Assembly (NCBI GenBank): GCA_900549955.1
Contig: URQH01000006.1
Location: forward strand, 4,116-68,115
Origin: an uncultured Eubacteriales bacterium
GTDB taxonomy: Bacteria; Bacillota; Clostridia; Christensenellales; CAG-138
DNA length: 64,000 nt
Reading direction: 5' to 3'
The notes below the pieces were generated by a model. It did no database searches and was not told the origin of the DNA. It worked only from the letters and a program-made list of their open reading frames with translations. This document shows, piece by piece, positions 9,335-21,685 of the stretch. The first letter of the stretch is position 1. Each line of letters starts with the position of its first letter. The position numbers were made by a program, and so were the translations under genes.

Positions 9335-9421
9335 AATGAACGCCTCCTGCCGGGAGGCGTTCATTCCATATCACAACTGGGGTGCCCTTACTACTATATC
9401 GCAACCGGACGCCGAACGCAA
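9335..9421 (-). promoter_or_regulatory. pyrG promoter, GGGC initially transcribed sequence and leader terminator (reiterative-transcription attenuator type)
   Basis: Minus strand: TTGCGT (9421-9416), 17 nt, TATAGT (9398-9393), agtaa, GGGC (9387-9384). Then the hairpin AAUGAACGCCUCC-cggc-aGGAGGCGUUCAUU (9365-9335) followed by UUUUUG, ~40 nt upstream of the pyrG ATG. Confidence 0.6.
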
Positions 9422-9471
9422 GTATTTTTTATATATTATTTTGCGTCTGCGCGCCCCGCGGCCTCGGCGCT

Positions 9472-9816
9472 TCAGCCCGGCGGCCACTGCAGCGACCGGC
9501 CGCCCAGCAGGTGCAGGTGCAGGTGCTGCACGCTCTGCCCCGCGTCCGCGCCGATGTTCGTCACGAGCCGGTAGCCGCTTTCCGCCACGCCGAGCGCGCG
9601 CGCCACGCGCTGCGCCGCGGCGAACATGGCCATCACCGTGGCCGCGTCCTCCGCCGTCAGTGCGTCCGCGCTCTCGATGTGGCGCCTCGGAATGACGAGC
9701 ACGTGCACCGGCGCCTGGGGATCGATGTCGCGAAACGCCACGACCTCGTCGTCCTCATACACGCGGTCCGACGGGATGCGCCCGTCCGCGATCTTGCAAA
9801 ACAAACAATCGTCCAT
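9472..9816 (-). CDS. HIT family (histidine triad) nucleotide hydrolase
   Basis: 114 aa, CLFCKI..., with the histidine triad motif HLHLHLLGG. Confidence 0.9.
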   Translation of the reverse strand: MDDCLFCKIADGRIPSDRVYEDDEVVAFRDIDPQAPVHVLVIPRRHIESADALTAEDAATVMAMFAAAQRVARALGVAESGYRLVTNIGADAGQSVQHLHLHLLGGRSLQWPPG

Positions 9817-9837
9817 AGGGAAACTCCTTTCTTCTTG

Positions 9838-11154
9838 TCATTCCAAAGTGTTGCCCGCGCGCCCAATCGGCGCGCAACAGGGCGTCCCCACCGCCAGCGC
9901 GCCCTCGGCCCCGGCGATGCGGACATGCACCAGCTCGCCCTCCCGGCAGGGCGTTCCCGCCGTCTCGACGCGCGTGCGCACATAATTCTCCGTATAGCCC
10001 GTGCCGTCGCTCTCGATCAGCACGTCGGCCTCGCGTCCCACCAGGCCCGCCACATAGGCGCGCTCCAGCCGGTCGCCCAGCGCGATCAGCTCGGCCGCCC
10101 GCGCCTCGCGCACGGCGCGCGGCAGGTGCCCCGGCATTGCGTCGGCCTTCGTGCCCTTGCGGCGGCTGTAGGGGAACACGTGCATCCGCGCAAACGCCAT
10201 CTCCTCTGCAAACGCCAGCGTCTCCCGGTGCTCCTGCTCCGTCTCGCCCACAAACCCCGCAATCACGTCGGTCGTGATCGCACACCCGGGCGACGCCTGC
10301 CGCAGCAGCGCCACGGCGCGGGCATACGCCGCCGTGTCATAGCGGCGGTTCATGCGGCGCAGCACCGCGTCCGACCCGCTCTGCAGCGACAGGTGAAACT
10401 GCGGACAGATCTGCCGGAGCGCGGCGACCGCCCCGGCAAACCGTTCGTCGCAAAACTTCGGCTCGAGCGAGCCGAGCCGGATACGGCCGATGCCCGTCTC
10501 CCCCGCCATGCGCAGCACGTCCACCAGGTCGCCCTCTCCGCTGTCCAGCCCCCAGCTGGCCAGGTGGATGCCGGTCAGCACCACCTCCCGGTACCCGGCG
10601 CCGGCCAGACGGACGAGCTCCGCGCGGATGCTCGACAGCGGGCGCGAGCGGAGGGGCCCCCGCGCATACGGGATGGCGCAATAGGTGCAGAAATTACGGC
10701 ACCCGTCCTGAATCTTGAGCGTCGCGCGCGTGCGGCCGTCCGACACGGCGGACAACTCTTCAAACGTGCGGACGCCGCCCAGGTCGTGCACGGTGCTTTG
10801 GGCCGGCGCGCCTGCCGCAAGGGCCGCCTCCACGCGCTGCACGATCTCCCGCCGCCCGTCGGTGCCGATCACGAGCGACACGCCCGCAAGCGCGGCCACC
10901 GTCTCCGGCGCGGTCTGCGCATAACAGCCGACCGCCACGACCAGCGCCTCCGGATTGCGCCGGTGCGCGCGGGCAAGCATGTGGCGCGACTTCTGGTCGC
11001 TCACCTGCGTGACGGTACAGGTGTTGACCACATACACGTCCGCCGCCTCAGAAAACGGCACGCTCTCATGCCCGGCAGCCTCGAACAGCTCCCGCATGGC
11101 CTCCGTCTCATAGTGGTTGACCTTGCAGCCAAGGGTATAGAATGCAACTTTCAT
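9838..11154 (-). CDS. mtaB: tRNA (t6A37) methylthiotransferase, MiaB-like radical SAM enzyme
   Basis: N-terminal MKVAFYTLGCKVNHYETE (UPF0004 domain). Radical SAM CxxxCxxC motif (GCRNFCTYCAIP). Sits in the prmA-rsmE-mtaB order known from Bacillus. Confidence 0.85.
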   Translation of the reverse strand: MKVAFYTLGCKVNHYETEAMRELFEAAGHESVPFSEAADVYVVNTCTVTQVSDQKSRHMLARAHRRNPEALVVAVGCYAQTAPETVAALAGVSLVIGTDGRREIVQRVEAALAAGAPAQSTVHDLGGVRTFEELSAVSDGRTRATLKIQDGCRNFCTYCAIPYARGPLRSRPLSSIRAELVRLAGAGYREVVLTGIHLASWGLDSGEGDLVDVLRMAGETGIGRIRLGSLEPKFCDERFAGAVAALRQICPQFHLSLQSGSDAVLRRMNRRYDTAAYARAVALLRQASPGCAITTDVIAGFVGETEQEHRETLAFAEEMAFARMHVFPYSRRKGTKADAMPGHLPRAVREARAAELIALGDRLERAYVAGLVGREADVLIESDGTGYTENYVRTRVETAGTPCREGELVHVRIAGAEGALAVGTPCCAPIGRAGNTLE

Positions 11155-11885
11155 GCGTCCGCCATGTCCAGTTCGTACAGCACCTGCGCCAGCATGGCCA
11201 TGCCCGCCGTCTCCGTGCGCAGGATCCGCGCCCCGAGCGACACCGCGACCGCGCCGGCCGCCGAAAGCCCCTCGACCTCCGCGCGCTCGAGCCCGCCCTC
11301 CGGGCCGACGACAAGCGCAATGCGGCTGAGCGCGGCCGGTTCAAAGGCGCGTAACGCGGCCTTGAGCGAACGGGCGCGCTCCTCTTCGTAAGCGACGAGC
11401 ACCGCGTCGAACCCCGAAAACGAAACCTCCGAAAGCTTCCGCACCGACGCCACCTGCGGGATCATGCCGCGGCGGGACTGCTTGGCCGCCTCCGACGCCA
11501 CGCGCTGATACCGCACGCGCTTAAACTCAAAATCCCGCACCGGCACGGCGACGCAGCGCGCCGTCACCACCGGCACGACCGTATCCACGCCCAGCTCGAC
11601 GCACTTTTGCACGATCAGCTCCAGCTTGCCCGTCTTGGGCAGCGCCTGGAAGAGCGTCACCCGGCAGCGCGGCTCCGTCGGCGACGGGTGCGCGCCGGAC
11701 AGCGCGCAGCGCACCTCCTGCTCGGTGATGGCCTCGATCCGGCCGGTATAGTCCGTACACGCCCCGTCGCAGATTTCCACCGCGTCGCCCACGCGCAAGC
11801 GCAGCACCCGCGACAGGTGCCGCACGTCCTCGCCTGTAATGCGGGCGGTGTTTCCCTCGATCTGCTGTGTAAAAAACCTGCTCAC
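11151..11885 (-). CDS. rsmE: 16S rRNA (uracil1498-N3)-methyltransferase
   Basis: ORF 11151..12032. Start moved to GTG 11885 (VSRFFTQQIEGNTARITGEDVRHL), which forms a GTGA overlap with the prmA stop. The C-terminus is typical of RsmE (VVGPEGGL...E.....G). ATGA overlap with mtaB. Confidence 0.85.
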   Translation of the reverse strand: MSRFFTQQIEGNTARITGEDVRHLSRVLRLRVGDAVEICDGACTDYTGRIEAITEQEVRCALSGAHPSPTEPRCRVTLFQALPKTGKLELIVQKCVELGVDTVVPVVTARCVAVPVRDFEFKRVRYQRVASEAAKQSRRGMIPQVASVRKLSEVSFSGFDAVLVAYEEERARSLKAALRAFEPAALSRIALVVGPEGGLERAEVEGLSAAGAVAVSLGARILRTETAGMAMLAQVLYELDMADA

Positions 11886-12847
11886 AACGGCCTCCTGACA
11901 CACATGGCGATCCAGCCCTCCGCCCGCCGCACCCGGTCGTCCGCAAAGCCGGCCTGCCGGAGCGCCCCGGCGACCTCGTCCTCCCGTTCGTCGATGACGC
12001 CGGACACGATGAACGGCGCGCCCGGCTTGCAACAGGCAAATGCAAACGGCGCAAGGCGGATGATGACGTCCGCCACGATATTGGCCACGACCACGTCGTA
12101 TTGCCGGGCGATACGCCCGCGCAGCGCCGTGTCGGTCAGCACATCGCCGATCTCAATGCGGTAGCCCGCCTCGCCGATGCCGTTCATCGCCGCGTTCTCG
12201 CGCGCAATGTGCTCGGCAATGGGATCGATGTCGACCGCGACGGCCTCCCGCGCGCCCAACAGCCGCGCCGCGATGGACAGGATCCCGCTGCCGCAGCCGA
12301 GGTCGAGCACGGCGTCGCCCGCCCGCACTGTCTCTTCGAGATACTCCAGGCACATGCGCGTCGTGTGGTGCGCGCCCGTGCCGAATGCCAGCCCGGGGTC
12401 AAGCCGCAGCACCGTGCGCGCCGTTTCCGGCTGCTCCTCCCACGAGGGGACGACCAGCAGGCGGCGGCCGATTTCGAGCGGCTTATAATACTGCTTCCAG
12501 TTGTTTTCCCAGTCCTCATCGTCGCGTACGGTGACGCACACGCTGAGCGGCCCCAGCGGCACGCCGGTTTGCAGCGTCCTGAGGCGTTCCACGGCGGCGC
12601 GGGCGGCTTCGAGATACGGCTCGTTTTCCGGCAGCGCGGCGAGATACGTCTTGACGCACGGCGTGTCCGTGCCAATCCGGTCCATGTCGGCAAAGTCCCA
12701 GTACAGCGCGCTCTCCTGCAAAAATGCCGCGGCGGTCTCCCGGCTCTCCTCGATGGAAAAGCCCTCGAGCCCCGCGCCCGTCAGCGCGCCGCAGACCAGT
12801 TCCGTGCCCTCGTCAGTGGTGTATACAGCAATTTCATACCATTTCAT
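11882..12847 (-). CDS. prmA: Ribosomal protein L11 methyltransferase
   Basis: Start moved to ATG 12847 (MKWYEIAVYT). SAM-binding motif VLDLGCGSGILSIAA. Confidence 0.9.
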   Translation of the reverse strand: MKWYEIAVYTTDEGTELVCGALTGAGLEGFSIEESRETAAAFLQESALYWDFADMDRIGTDTPCVKTYLAALPENEPYLEAARAAVERLRTLQTGVPLGPLSVCVTVRDDEDWENNWKQYYKPLEIGRRLLVVPSWEEQPETARTVLRLDPGLAFGTGAHHTTRMCLEYLEETVRAGDAVLDLGCGSGILSIAARLLGAREAVAVDIDPIAEHIARENAAMNGIGEAGYRIEIGDVLTDTALRGRIARQYDVVVANIVADVIIRLAPFAFACCKPGAPFIVSGVIDEREDEVAGALRQAGFADDRVRRAEGWIAMCVRRPL

Positions 12848-12987
12848 AGTGTCAGTATACTCGCTTTTGCCCGCCCGGACAAGTGGCAAGTGGCGGCGCG
12901 CGCGGGCGGCGCGCAGCAGAAAGCGCGGACTTTGCGCGCGCCGCGGCGTGCGTTGCGCGGCAGGGGACTTTGCGATATAATAGGATC

Positions 12988-13977
12988 ATGGATGAATTGC
13001 GCTTTTTTGAGGCCATCCGGCAATCTGCCACAGCGGATCCCCCTGCGCTCTCCGGCGCCTATCTGCTGCACGGCGAAGAAGAATACAGCAAGGAACAGGC
13101 GGTGCGGCAGGCGCTCGCGCTCGCGGCCGACGCGACGCGGACGCTCAACACGCAGCGGCTGAACGCCCCCACGTGCGCGGCCGTGCAGGCGGCCTGCGAG
13201 GCGCTGCCGTTTTTCGACCGGCTGCGCGTCGTGGTCGTCCAGAATCTCGATGCGGACGCCGAAAAGGGCCTCGCCGCCTATGTGCCCGGCGTGCCGGACA
13301 CGACGCTGCTGCTGCTCGTACAGCGCGGCAACGCGAAAGCCGCTTCCGAGCTGTACAAGGCGCTTGGCAAGCTGGAACGGGTCGTCGAGTTCCCCCGCTA
13401 CGACGAGGGGCGGGCCGCGGCCTTCCTCAAAAAGCGCGCGGCCTCGCGCGGCATCGCCCTGCCGCCCGCGGCGGCGCACAGGCTGATCGACATGGTCGGC
13501 ACCGACCTGGCCGCGCTCGAAAACGCGCTGTTCCGCGTGGCGGACTATGTGGGAGAGGGGCAGCCGGTCACGGAAGCGGCGCTTGCGGCCTGCGTCACGC
13601 CCAGCACGGAATACCGCGTGTTCGACCTGCTCTCGCGCCTGCTGGCCGGCAACCGGCGGCAGGGGCTCTCCATGCTGCAGGGGATGCTCAACAGCGGCGA
13701 GAGCGCGCTGGGGCTGGCCAGCTTTCTCGAGGGCCGCGTGAAACAGATGCTCGCCGCCCGGCTCATGCTCGCCGCCGGCATGGCGGAGCCGGCCGTCGTC
13801 AAGGCGCTCGGCGGCAACGCCTATGCCGCAAAGAAGACCATCCAGGCGGCGCGCCGCTGCAAAGAGGACTGGCTGCGGCACGCGGTGCAGGCCTTTGCCG
13901 GCGTGGATGCTCAGCTCAAGCAGGGGCTGCTGCGCGACAACGACGCGCTGCTGCTGGCCATACTCGAAGTGTTTTAA
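12988..13977 (+). CDS. holA: DNA polymerase III delta subunit
   Basis: ORF 12883..13977. Start moved to ATG 12988 (MDELRFFEAIR...YLLHGEEEYSKEQ). Length (~330 aa) and N-terminal pattern are typical of HolA. Confidence 0.8.
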   Translation: MDELRFFEAIRQSATADPPALSGAYLLHGEEEYSKEQAVRQALALAADATRTLNTQRLNAPTCAAVQAACEALPFFDRLRVVVVQNLDADAEKGLAAYVPGVPDTTLLLLVQRGNAKAASELYKALGKLERVVEFPRYDEGRAAAFLKKRAASRGIALPPAAAHRLIDMVGTDLAALENALFRVADYVGEGQPVTEAALAACVTPSTEYRVFDLLSRLLAGNRRQGLSMLQGMLNSGESALGLASFLEGRVKQMLAARLMLAAGMAEPAVVKALGGNAYAAKKTIQAARRCKEDWLRHAVQAFAGVDAQLKQGLLRDNDALLLAILEVF

Positions 13978-14052
13978 CCGCGATTGCCGGACAACCCGCC
14001 CGCGGGCGGGCGCACCCGCACATCAGACCACGCATCAGAAAGGAGAAGAGAG

Positions 14053-14352
14053 ATGCTCAAGTACATCGTCCTGTTCAAGTTCCGCGACCCCGAGGAGTGC
14101 CTGCCGACCGTCATTGAAAAACTCCACAGCATGGAAGGCGTCATTCCGGAAATACTTTCCATGGAGACCGGCGCCGACATCTGGCACAACGGCTCGCGCA
14201 GCTACGACCTGGCGCTGACGTGCACGTTCCGCGACATGGACGCCGTGGCCGTATACGACAAGCACCCGTTCCACGAGCAGATGCGGGAATACATCTACGC
14301 GCATCGCCTGGACGGGAAGACCGTCATCTACGAAGTGCCCGACGAGGCATAA
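14053..14352 (+). CDS. Dabb (stress-responsive alpha/beta barrel) domain protein
   Basis: Start moved to ATG 14053 after AGGAGAAG. Sequence MLKYIVLFKFRD...HPFHEQ, ~99 aa, typical Dabb pattern. Confidence 0.75.
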   Translation: MLKYIVLFKFRDPEECLPTVIEKLHSMEGVIPEILSMETGADIWHNGSRSYDLALTCTFRDMDAVAVYDKHPFHEQMREYIYAHRLDGKTVIYEVPDEA

Positions 14353-14423
14353 CCCCGGCAGGCGACGCGCGCGCCCGTCCCGGGCGGGAAAGCTGCGCCG
14401 TCCCCTCCTGAGATACAAGCTTT

Positions 14424-16454
<2,031 letters not shown>

Positions 16455-16558
16455 CGCTCCACGCGGCGGCAAGGCCGGCGTGCCCGCCCCTGCGGCCCGC
16501 ACGCCGGCACGGAAACGAAACGTTTTCCGTAACTTTTGGTGAACTCCGGCCCGGGCGC

Positions 16559-16648
16559 TTGACTTTGCCCGCCGGGCAGGGTATCTTCTAACGGGCATCG
16601 TCAAATTCCCGCAATTTTTCCCCGTCCCGCGCAAATGCGCGGGACGGG
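16559..16648 (+). promoter_or_regulatory. Candidate uvrA promoter and a very stable 5'-UTR hairpin
   Basis: TTGACT (16559-16564), 17 nt, TATCTT (16582-16587). Then CCCGTCCCGCGC-aaat-GCGCGGGACGGG (16621-16648), 15 nt before the uvrA ATG. Confidence 0.35.
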
Positions 16649-16663
16649 ACGCAAAGGAACCGC

Positions 16664-19489
16664 ATGAAGGACATCGTCATCAAGGGTGCCAGAGAGCACA
16701 ACCTCAAAAATATCGACCTCGTCGTGCCGCGTGACAAGCTCGTGGTGTTCACGGGCCTGTCCGGCAGCGGCAAATCGAGCCTTGCGTTCGACACGATCTA
16801 CGCAGAAGGGCAGCGCCGGTACGTGGAGAGCCTCTCCTCCTACGCGCGCATGTTCCTCGGGCAGATGGAAAAGCCGGATCTCGACAGCATCGACGGGCTC
16901 TCTCCCGCCATCTCCATCGACCAGAAGAGCACGAGCCACAACCCGCGCTCGACCGTCGGCACGGTCACGGAAATCCACGACTACCTGCGCCTGCTGTACG
17001 CGCGCTGCGGCGTGCCGCACTGTCCCAAGTGCGGCCGCGAGATCGCGCGCCAGACGATCGACCAGGTGGTCGACCAGGTGCGCGCGCTGCCGGAGGGCAC
17101 GCGCATCCAGGTCATCGCCCCGTGCGTGCGCGGCCGCAAGGGCGAGCACCAGAAGACGCTCGACGAGCTGCGGCGCGAGGGCTACGCGCGCGTGCGCATC
17201 GACGGCACGGTGTACGACCTCGCCGAAGCGCCCGCGCTCGACAAGAAGTTCAAGCACACGATCGAAGCGGTGATCGACCGGCTGGTCATCAAGCCGGGCG
17301 TCGAGGGCCGGCTGACCGACTCGCTGGAGACGGCGTTCCGCCTCGGCAAAAATCTGTGCATCGTACAGGTCGTGGGCGGCGAAGAGCTGCTGTTTTCGCA
17401 GAACTACGCCTGCCCGGACTGCGGCATCAGCATGGAAGAGCTGACGCCGCGCATGTTCTCCTTCAACGCGCCGTACGGCGCGTGCCCCACCTGCTCCGGC
17501 CTGGGCACGCTGCTCAAGATCGACCCGGCACTGGTCATCCCCGACCCGAAGCTGCCCCTCGCCAAGGGCGCCGTCAACGTGATGGGCTGGAACAGCGGCA
17601 GCCACGGCACGATCGCCTCCATGTACTTTACCGCCCTGTGCGAACGGTACGGCGCGTCGATGGATACGCCGTTTGAACAGCTCCCCAAGGCGCTTCAGCA
17701 CGCCGTGCTGTACGGCACCGGGGACGAAAAACTGCACATCCAGTACCAGAAGGAGTTTGGCAGCGGCACGTTCGACGCGGCGTTCGAGGGCATCATCCCC
17801 AACATGGAGCGGCGCTACCGCGAGACGCAGTCGGACTACAGCAAGCAGGAGCTCGAGGCGTTCATGTCCCAGACGCCGTGCCCGGCCTGCCACGGCAAGC
17901 GCTTCAAAAAGGAAGTGCTGGCCGTGACCGTCGGCGGCAAGAACATCTCCGAGCTGTCCGACCTGCCCGTGCGCGACGCACGCGCGTTTTTGCAGGGGCT
18001 CGAGCTGTCGCCCACGCACCGGATGATCGCCGGGCAGATCCTCAAGGAGATCGACGCGCGCCTCGGCTTCCTCGTCAACGTGGGGCTCGATTATCTTACG
18101 CTCTCGCGCGCGGCCTCCACGCTCTCCGGTGGAGAGGCGCAGCGCATCCGGCTCGCTACGCAGATCGGCAGCGGGCTGATGGGCGTGCTGTACATCCTGG
18201 ACGAGCCCAGCATCGGGCTGCACCAGCGCGACAACGGGCGCCTGCTCCAGACGCTCAAGCAGATGCGGGATCTCGGCAACACGCTGATCGTCGTCGAGCA
18301 CGATGAAGAGACCATCCGCGAGGCGGACTATGTGGTGGACATCGGCCCCGGCGCCGGCGCGCACGGCGGCTACGTGGTGGCCAAGGGCACGCCGGAGGAG
18401 ATCGCCGCCACGCCCGGCTCCATCACCGGGGACTATCTCTCGGGCCGCAAGCGCATCGACGTGCCGGCCGTGCGGCGCGCAGGCAACGGCAAATCGCTCG
18501 TGGTGCGCGGCGCGCGCGCACACAACCTCAAGAACATCGACGTGACGATCCCGCTCGGCATGTTCGTGTGCGTCACGGGCGTGTCCGGCAGCGGCAAGTC
18601 CAGCCTCGTCAACGAGCTGGTCAAAAAGACGCTGCTGCGCGACCTGAACCGCGCGCGCACGCGCCCGGGCGACTGCGACGGTATCGACGGCATCGACGCG
18701 CTCGACAAGGTCATCGACATCGACCAGAGCCCCATCGGCCGCACGCCGCGCAGCAACCCGGCCACCTATACCGGGCTGTTCGACCTCATCCGCGAAGTCT
18801 TTGCCGCCACGCCGGACGCCAAGATGCGCGGCTACCAGAACGGCCGCTTCTCCTTCAACGTCAAGGGCGGCCGCTGTGAAGCCTGCCGCGGCGACGGCAT
18901 TTTGAAGATCGAAATGCACTTTTTGCCGGACATCTACGTCCCGTGCGAGGTGTGCGGCGGCAAGCGCTACAACCGCGAGACGCTGGAAGTGCACTACAAG
19001 GGCAAGTCGATCCACGACGTGTTGGAAATGACTGTAGAAGAGGCGCTCGCCTTCTTTTCGCCGCTGCCCCGGCTCAAGCGCAAACTGCAAACGCTCTACG
19101 ACGTGGGCCTCGGCTATGTCAAGCTGGGCCAGCCATCCACCCAGCTCTCCGGCGGCGAGGCGCAGCGCGTCAAGCTCGCCACGGAGCTCTCCCGCCGCGA
19201 CACGGGCCGCACGCTCTACGTGCTGGACGAGCCGACGACCGGCCTGCACGTGGACGACGTGAAGCGCCTGCTGGAGATCCTCCAGCGGCTGTGCGACGGC
19301 GGCAGCAGCGTGCTCGTCATCGAGCACAACCTGGACGTGATCAAGTGCGCCGACTACGTCATTGACCTCGGGCCGGAGGGCGGCGAGCTCGGCGGCACGC
19401 TCGTCACAGCCGGCACGCCGGAACAGGTGGCTGCCTGCGAGAAGAGCTACACCGGCCAATTCCTGCGAAAGGTGTTGAACGGCCAATGA
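16664..19489 (+). CDS. uvrA: Excinuclease ABC subunit A
   Basis: 941 aa. [19 protein letters not shown], two ABC ATPase modules (GLSGSGKSS and GVSGSGKSS), zinc-finger cysteines. Confidence 0.97.
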   Translation: MKDIVIKGAREHNLKNIDLVVPRDKLVVFTGLSGSGKSSLAFDTIYAEGQRRYVESLSSYARMFLGQMEKPDLDSIDGLSPAISIDQKSTSHNPRSTVGTVTEIHDYLRLLYARCGVPHCPKCGREIARQTIDQVVDQVRALPEGTRIQVIAPCVRGRKGEHQKTLDELRREGYARVRIDGTVYDLAEAPALDKKFKHTIEAVIDRLVIKPGVEGRLTDSLETAFRLGKNLCIVQVVGGEELLFSQNYACPDCGISMEELTPRMFSFNAPYGACPTCSGLGTLLKIDPALVIPDPKLPLAKGAVNVMGWNSGSHGTIASMYFTALCERYGASMDTPFEQLPKALQHAVLYGTGDEKLHIQYQKEFGSGTFDAAFEGIIPNMERRYRETQSDYSKQELEAFMSQTPCPACHGKRFKKEVLAVTVGGKNISELSDLPVRDARAFLQGLELSPTHRMIAGQILKEIDARLGFLVNVGLDYLTLSRAASTLSGGEAQRIRLATQIGSGLMGVLYILDEPSIGLHQRDNGRLLQTLKQMRDLGNTLIVVEHDEETIREADYVVDIGPGAGAHGGYVVAKGTPEEIAATPGSITGDYLSGRKRIDVPAVRRAGNGKSLVVRGARAHNLKNIDVTIPLGMFVCVTGVSGSGKSSLVNELVKKTLLRDLNRARTRPGDCDGIDGIDALDKVIDIDQSPIGRTPRSNPATYTGLFDLIREVFAATPDAKMRGYQNGRFSFNVKGGRCEACRGDGILKIEMHFLPDIYVPCEVCGGKRYNRETLEVHYKGKSIHDVLEMTVEEALAFFSPLPRLKRKLQTLYDVGLGYVKLGQPSTQLSGGEAQRVKLATELSRRDTGRTLYVLDEPTTGLHVDDVKRLLEILQRLCDGGSSVLVIEHNLDVIKCADYVIDLGPEGGELGGTLVTAGTPEQVAACEKSYTGQFLRKVLNGQ

Positions 19490-20334
19490 CGAAATTCCGC
19501 ATCCTCATGCTGTGCCTTGCCGTGTGCTGCCTGGCCGCGGTATTCCTCGGCATCCATCTGCTCGAGCGGCACGGCAAGTTCCGCATGGCGCCGCTCAGCA
19601 AGGTGCTGCTGGGCGTGGGGCTGGTGCTCGTGCTCGACACGGTGGTGGTGTCGTTCCTGTCCAACTTCAATCTGGGCGTCATCCTGCCCGCGTTCTTCGG
19701 CGTGCCGCTGATCGCGCTTGCGTTCCTGCTGCCGCACATGCACCACGGCTTCCTGCTGTTTCTCAAGTGGTTCACCGCCGGCTGCTACGCCGTCGCCCTC
19801 TGCATCTTCCTCGTGTGCGGCATCCTCATGACGAACGCCGCCCACCGGGGCGACCACCGGGAGGCCGACGCGGTCATCGTGCTCGGCGCGGCGGTGCATG
19901 GCGACCGCGTCACCTGGGTGCTCTCCAACCGTCTGGACGCGGCGATCGACTACCTCGAGGCGCATCCGGACGCCATCGCGGTCGTCTCCGGCGGGCAGGG
20001 CCCGGGCGAGACGGTCACGGAGGGGTCCGCCATGCGAAAGTACATGATCGAGCACGGCATCGATGAAAGCCGCGTCTATGCGGAGGAGCGGGCCACCAAC
20101 ACGGGTGAAAACTTCCGCTATTCGATGGAGATCGTGCGCGACGTGCTGGGGCCGGACGCGGACATCGCGTTCGTGACCACGGGCTTCCACGTCTACCGGG
20201 CGGGCGGCGTAGCCGCCGCGCAGGGGATCGACGCCTTCGGCATCCCTGCGGACGACGTGTGGTACCTGGCGGTCAACAACTTCATGCGCGAGTGCGTGGG
20301 CATCTGCGTGTACGCGCTGACCGGCGCCATCTGA
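19486..20334 (+). CDS. DUF218 (YdcF/SanA/ElyC-like) membrane protein
   Basis: N-terminal TM helices followed by the DUF218 core ([15 protein letters not shown]...[10 protein letters not shown]...TNTGEN). ATGA overlap with the uvrA stop. Confidence 0.75.
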   Translation: MTKFRILMLCLAVCCLAAVFLGIHLLERHGKFRMAPLSKVLLGVGLVLVLDTVVVSFLSNFNLGVILPAFFGVPLIALAFLLPHMHHGFLLFLKWFTAGCYAVALCIFLVCGILMTNAAHRGDHREADAVIVLGAAVHGDRVTWVLSNRLDAAIDYLEAHPDAIAVVSGGQGPGETVTEGSAMRKYMIEHGIDESRVYAEERATNTGENFRYSMEIVRDVLGPDADIAFVTTGFHVYRAGGVAAAQGIDAFGIPADDVWYLAVNNFMRECVGICVYALTGAI

Positions 20335-20358
20335 CCGCCGGACAATCGCAATGACAGC

Positions 20359-20388
20359 GGCGTCCCCCAGCGGGACGCCGCCATTTTT
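20359..20388 (+). terminator. Rho-independent terminator after uvrB-uvrA-DUF218
   Basis: GGCGTCCC-ccagc-GGGACGCC followed by GCCATTTTTAC. Confidence 0.6.
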
Positions 20389-20390
20389 AC

Positions 20391-20433
20391 ACGAAAAAAA
20401 CAAAACGGACGGCGCCCTGCCATGCCGGGCGCC
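20391..20433 (-). terminator. Rho-independent terminator of the permease-amidase operon
   Basis: Minus strand: GGCGCCC-ggcauggca-GGGCGCC followed by GUCCGUUUUGUUUUUUU. Confidence 0.55.
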
Positions 20434-20483
20434 GTGCACTGCGGCGATATCGGCCGCCGCGCCGGGGGGGAAAGCGATCGCGA

Positions 20484-20714
20484 TCAAAGAAACGCAATCA
20501 ACATACAATAGAACTCCGCAGCGCAGGAAAAGGCCTCGCGCTGAATGGGTTCGATGAATGTGCGCAGCGGCACCTCGACATCCCAATCCACAAACACCGT
20601 CCGGTCGCCGATCTGGCTGAGCAATGCTTCTTTGGTAATGGGGTATGTCACGTCCGCCATCCGCTTTTGTATGTAGTGGAACAGCGCCGGATAGGCAGGT
20701 TTTGTCATGCTCAT
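20484..20714 (-). CDS. Small conserved hypothetical protein (tentatively DUF2795-like)
   Basis: 76 aa. ATGA-coupled to the amidase stop. The pattern YPITKEALLSQIG...PLRTFIEPI..EAFSCAAEF resembles DUF2795. The family call is from memory only. Confidence 0.45.
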   Translation of the reverse strand: MSMTKPAYPALFHYIQKRMADVTYPITKEALLSQIGDRTVFVDWDVEVPLRTFIEPIQREAFSCAAEFYCMLIAFL

Positions 20715-21649
20715 GCGCGCTCCTCCTTCCGCGGTTCATAGGCAGCGTATCCGAGGCGCGGGTCCCCGTTGCCGCCGCAATCCGGGCAGCTTGCGCCGCG
20801 ATGATTAAACGAATACAGTGGGCTCGAATGCACGGCCTGTTCACGCATCTTGTCGATGATGCCCGGATACAGGTCCGCCTTGATGAGTCCCGGGCAGCCG
20901 TTGGACGCCTCGGTGATGATATTGCCGTCCGGACCGACGATCATGCTGCGGCCAAAGCAGGAACGCGCTTCATTCCTGGCCAGCCCGGAACAGTTGGCGC
21001 CCACGACATAGACCTGGTTAAAGTAGGCGCTGGCACGGTTGGTCAGTTCCCAGGCCTGGTACCACGGGTCCATATAATGCGTTGGCCGCACGATGACATT
21101 CGCCCCGCGATATGCCGCCTCGCGCCAGATCTCCGGATAATCGCCGTCGGCGCAGATGATGACGCCCAGGCGCGACCCTTTCGGCCCGTTGCACACGGTG
21201 CATTCCTTACCGGGCACCGCATTTTCAAACGGGATCCACGGGTTCATCTTTACATAGCGGTGCACGATTTCCCCGCGGTCGTCAATGACCATGGCAGTGT
21301 TTTCAAAACACTTTCCGGTCTTGCTCCGAATCAGCGGGTCAATGACGCTCCAGACGGAGAGCTTCTTGCAGCGTTCGCGCACGCGGGCGAGCTGCTCGCT
21401 CTGCTCCGTCATCAGCGCCTCATCGAAATTGACCGGCGCAAAGCCCTGGAAGCACGCCTCCGGGAACACCACGAGGTCCACGCCCGGGAAGGCGCTGACC
21501 GCCAGGTCGAGATAATCGAGCATGGTCTGCGTATTTTCGTCGAGTTCCTCCACTGTCTGCGCACCAATCGGGGCAAACTGCACGCAGCAGACGCTGAGTA
21601 CTTCCGTTTCAATCTTCCCGTTCAGCGCAAACAGATTGCCGATGTTCAT
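20711..21649 (-). CDS. Carbon-nitrogen hydrolase family protein, aliphatic amidase/formamidase-like
   Basis: 312 aa, strong RBS GGAGGGAGGAAG. E-K-C triad context: VVFPEACF (Glu), HRYVKMNPW (Lys), GVIICADGDYPEIWREAAYRGANVIVR (Cys). The Cys context closely resembles the AmiE/AmiF active-site region. Confidence 0.8.
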   Translation of the reverse strand: MNIGNLFALNGKIETEVLSVCCVQFAPIGAQTVEELDENTQTMLDYLDLAVSAFPGVDLVVFPEACFQGFAPVNFDEALMTEQSEQLARVRERCKKLSVWSVIDPLIRSKTGKCFENTAMVIDDRGEIVHRYVKMNPWIPFENAVPGKECTVCNGPKGSRLGVIICADGDYPEIWREAAYRGANVIVRPTHYMDPWYQAWELTNRASAYFNQVYVVGANCSGLARNEARSCFGRSMIVGPDGNIITEASNGCPGLIKADLYPGIIDKMREQAVHSSPLYSFNHRGASCPDCGGNGDPRLGYAAYEPRKEERA

Positions 21650-21685
21650 CCGTCTTCCTCCCTCCGTTTCAGGATGGAGACCGTC

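Noticed and set aside
16601-19486. A 961-aa minus-strand ORF opposite uvrA
   Set aside because: It is exactly co-extensive with uvrA on the other strand, and uvrA is unmistakable. This is an antisense shadow ORF caused by stop-codon-poor GC-rich sequence.
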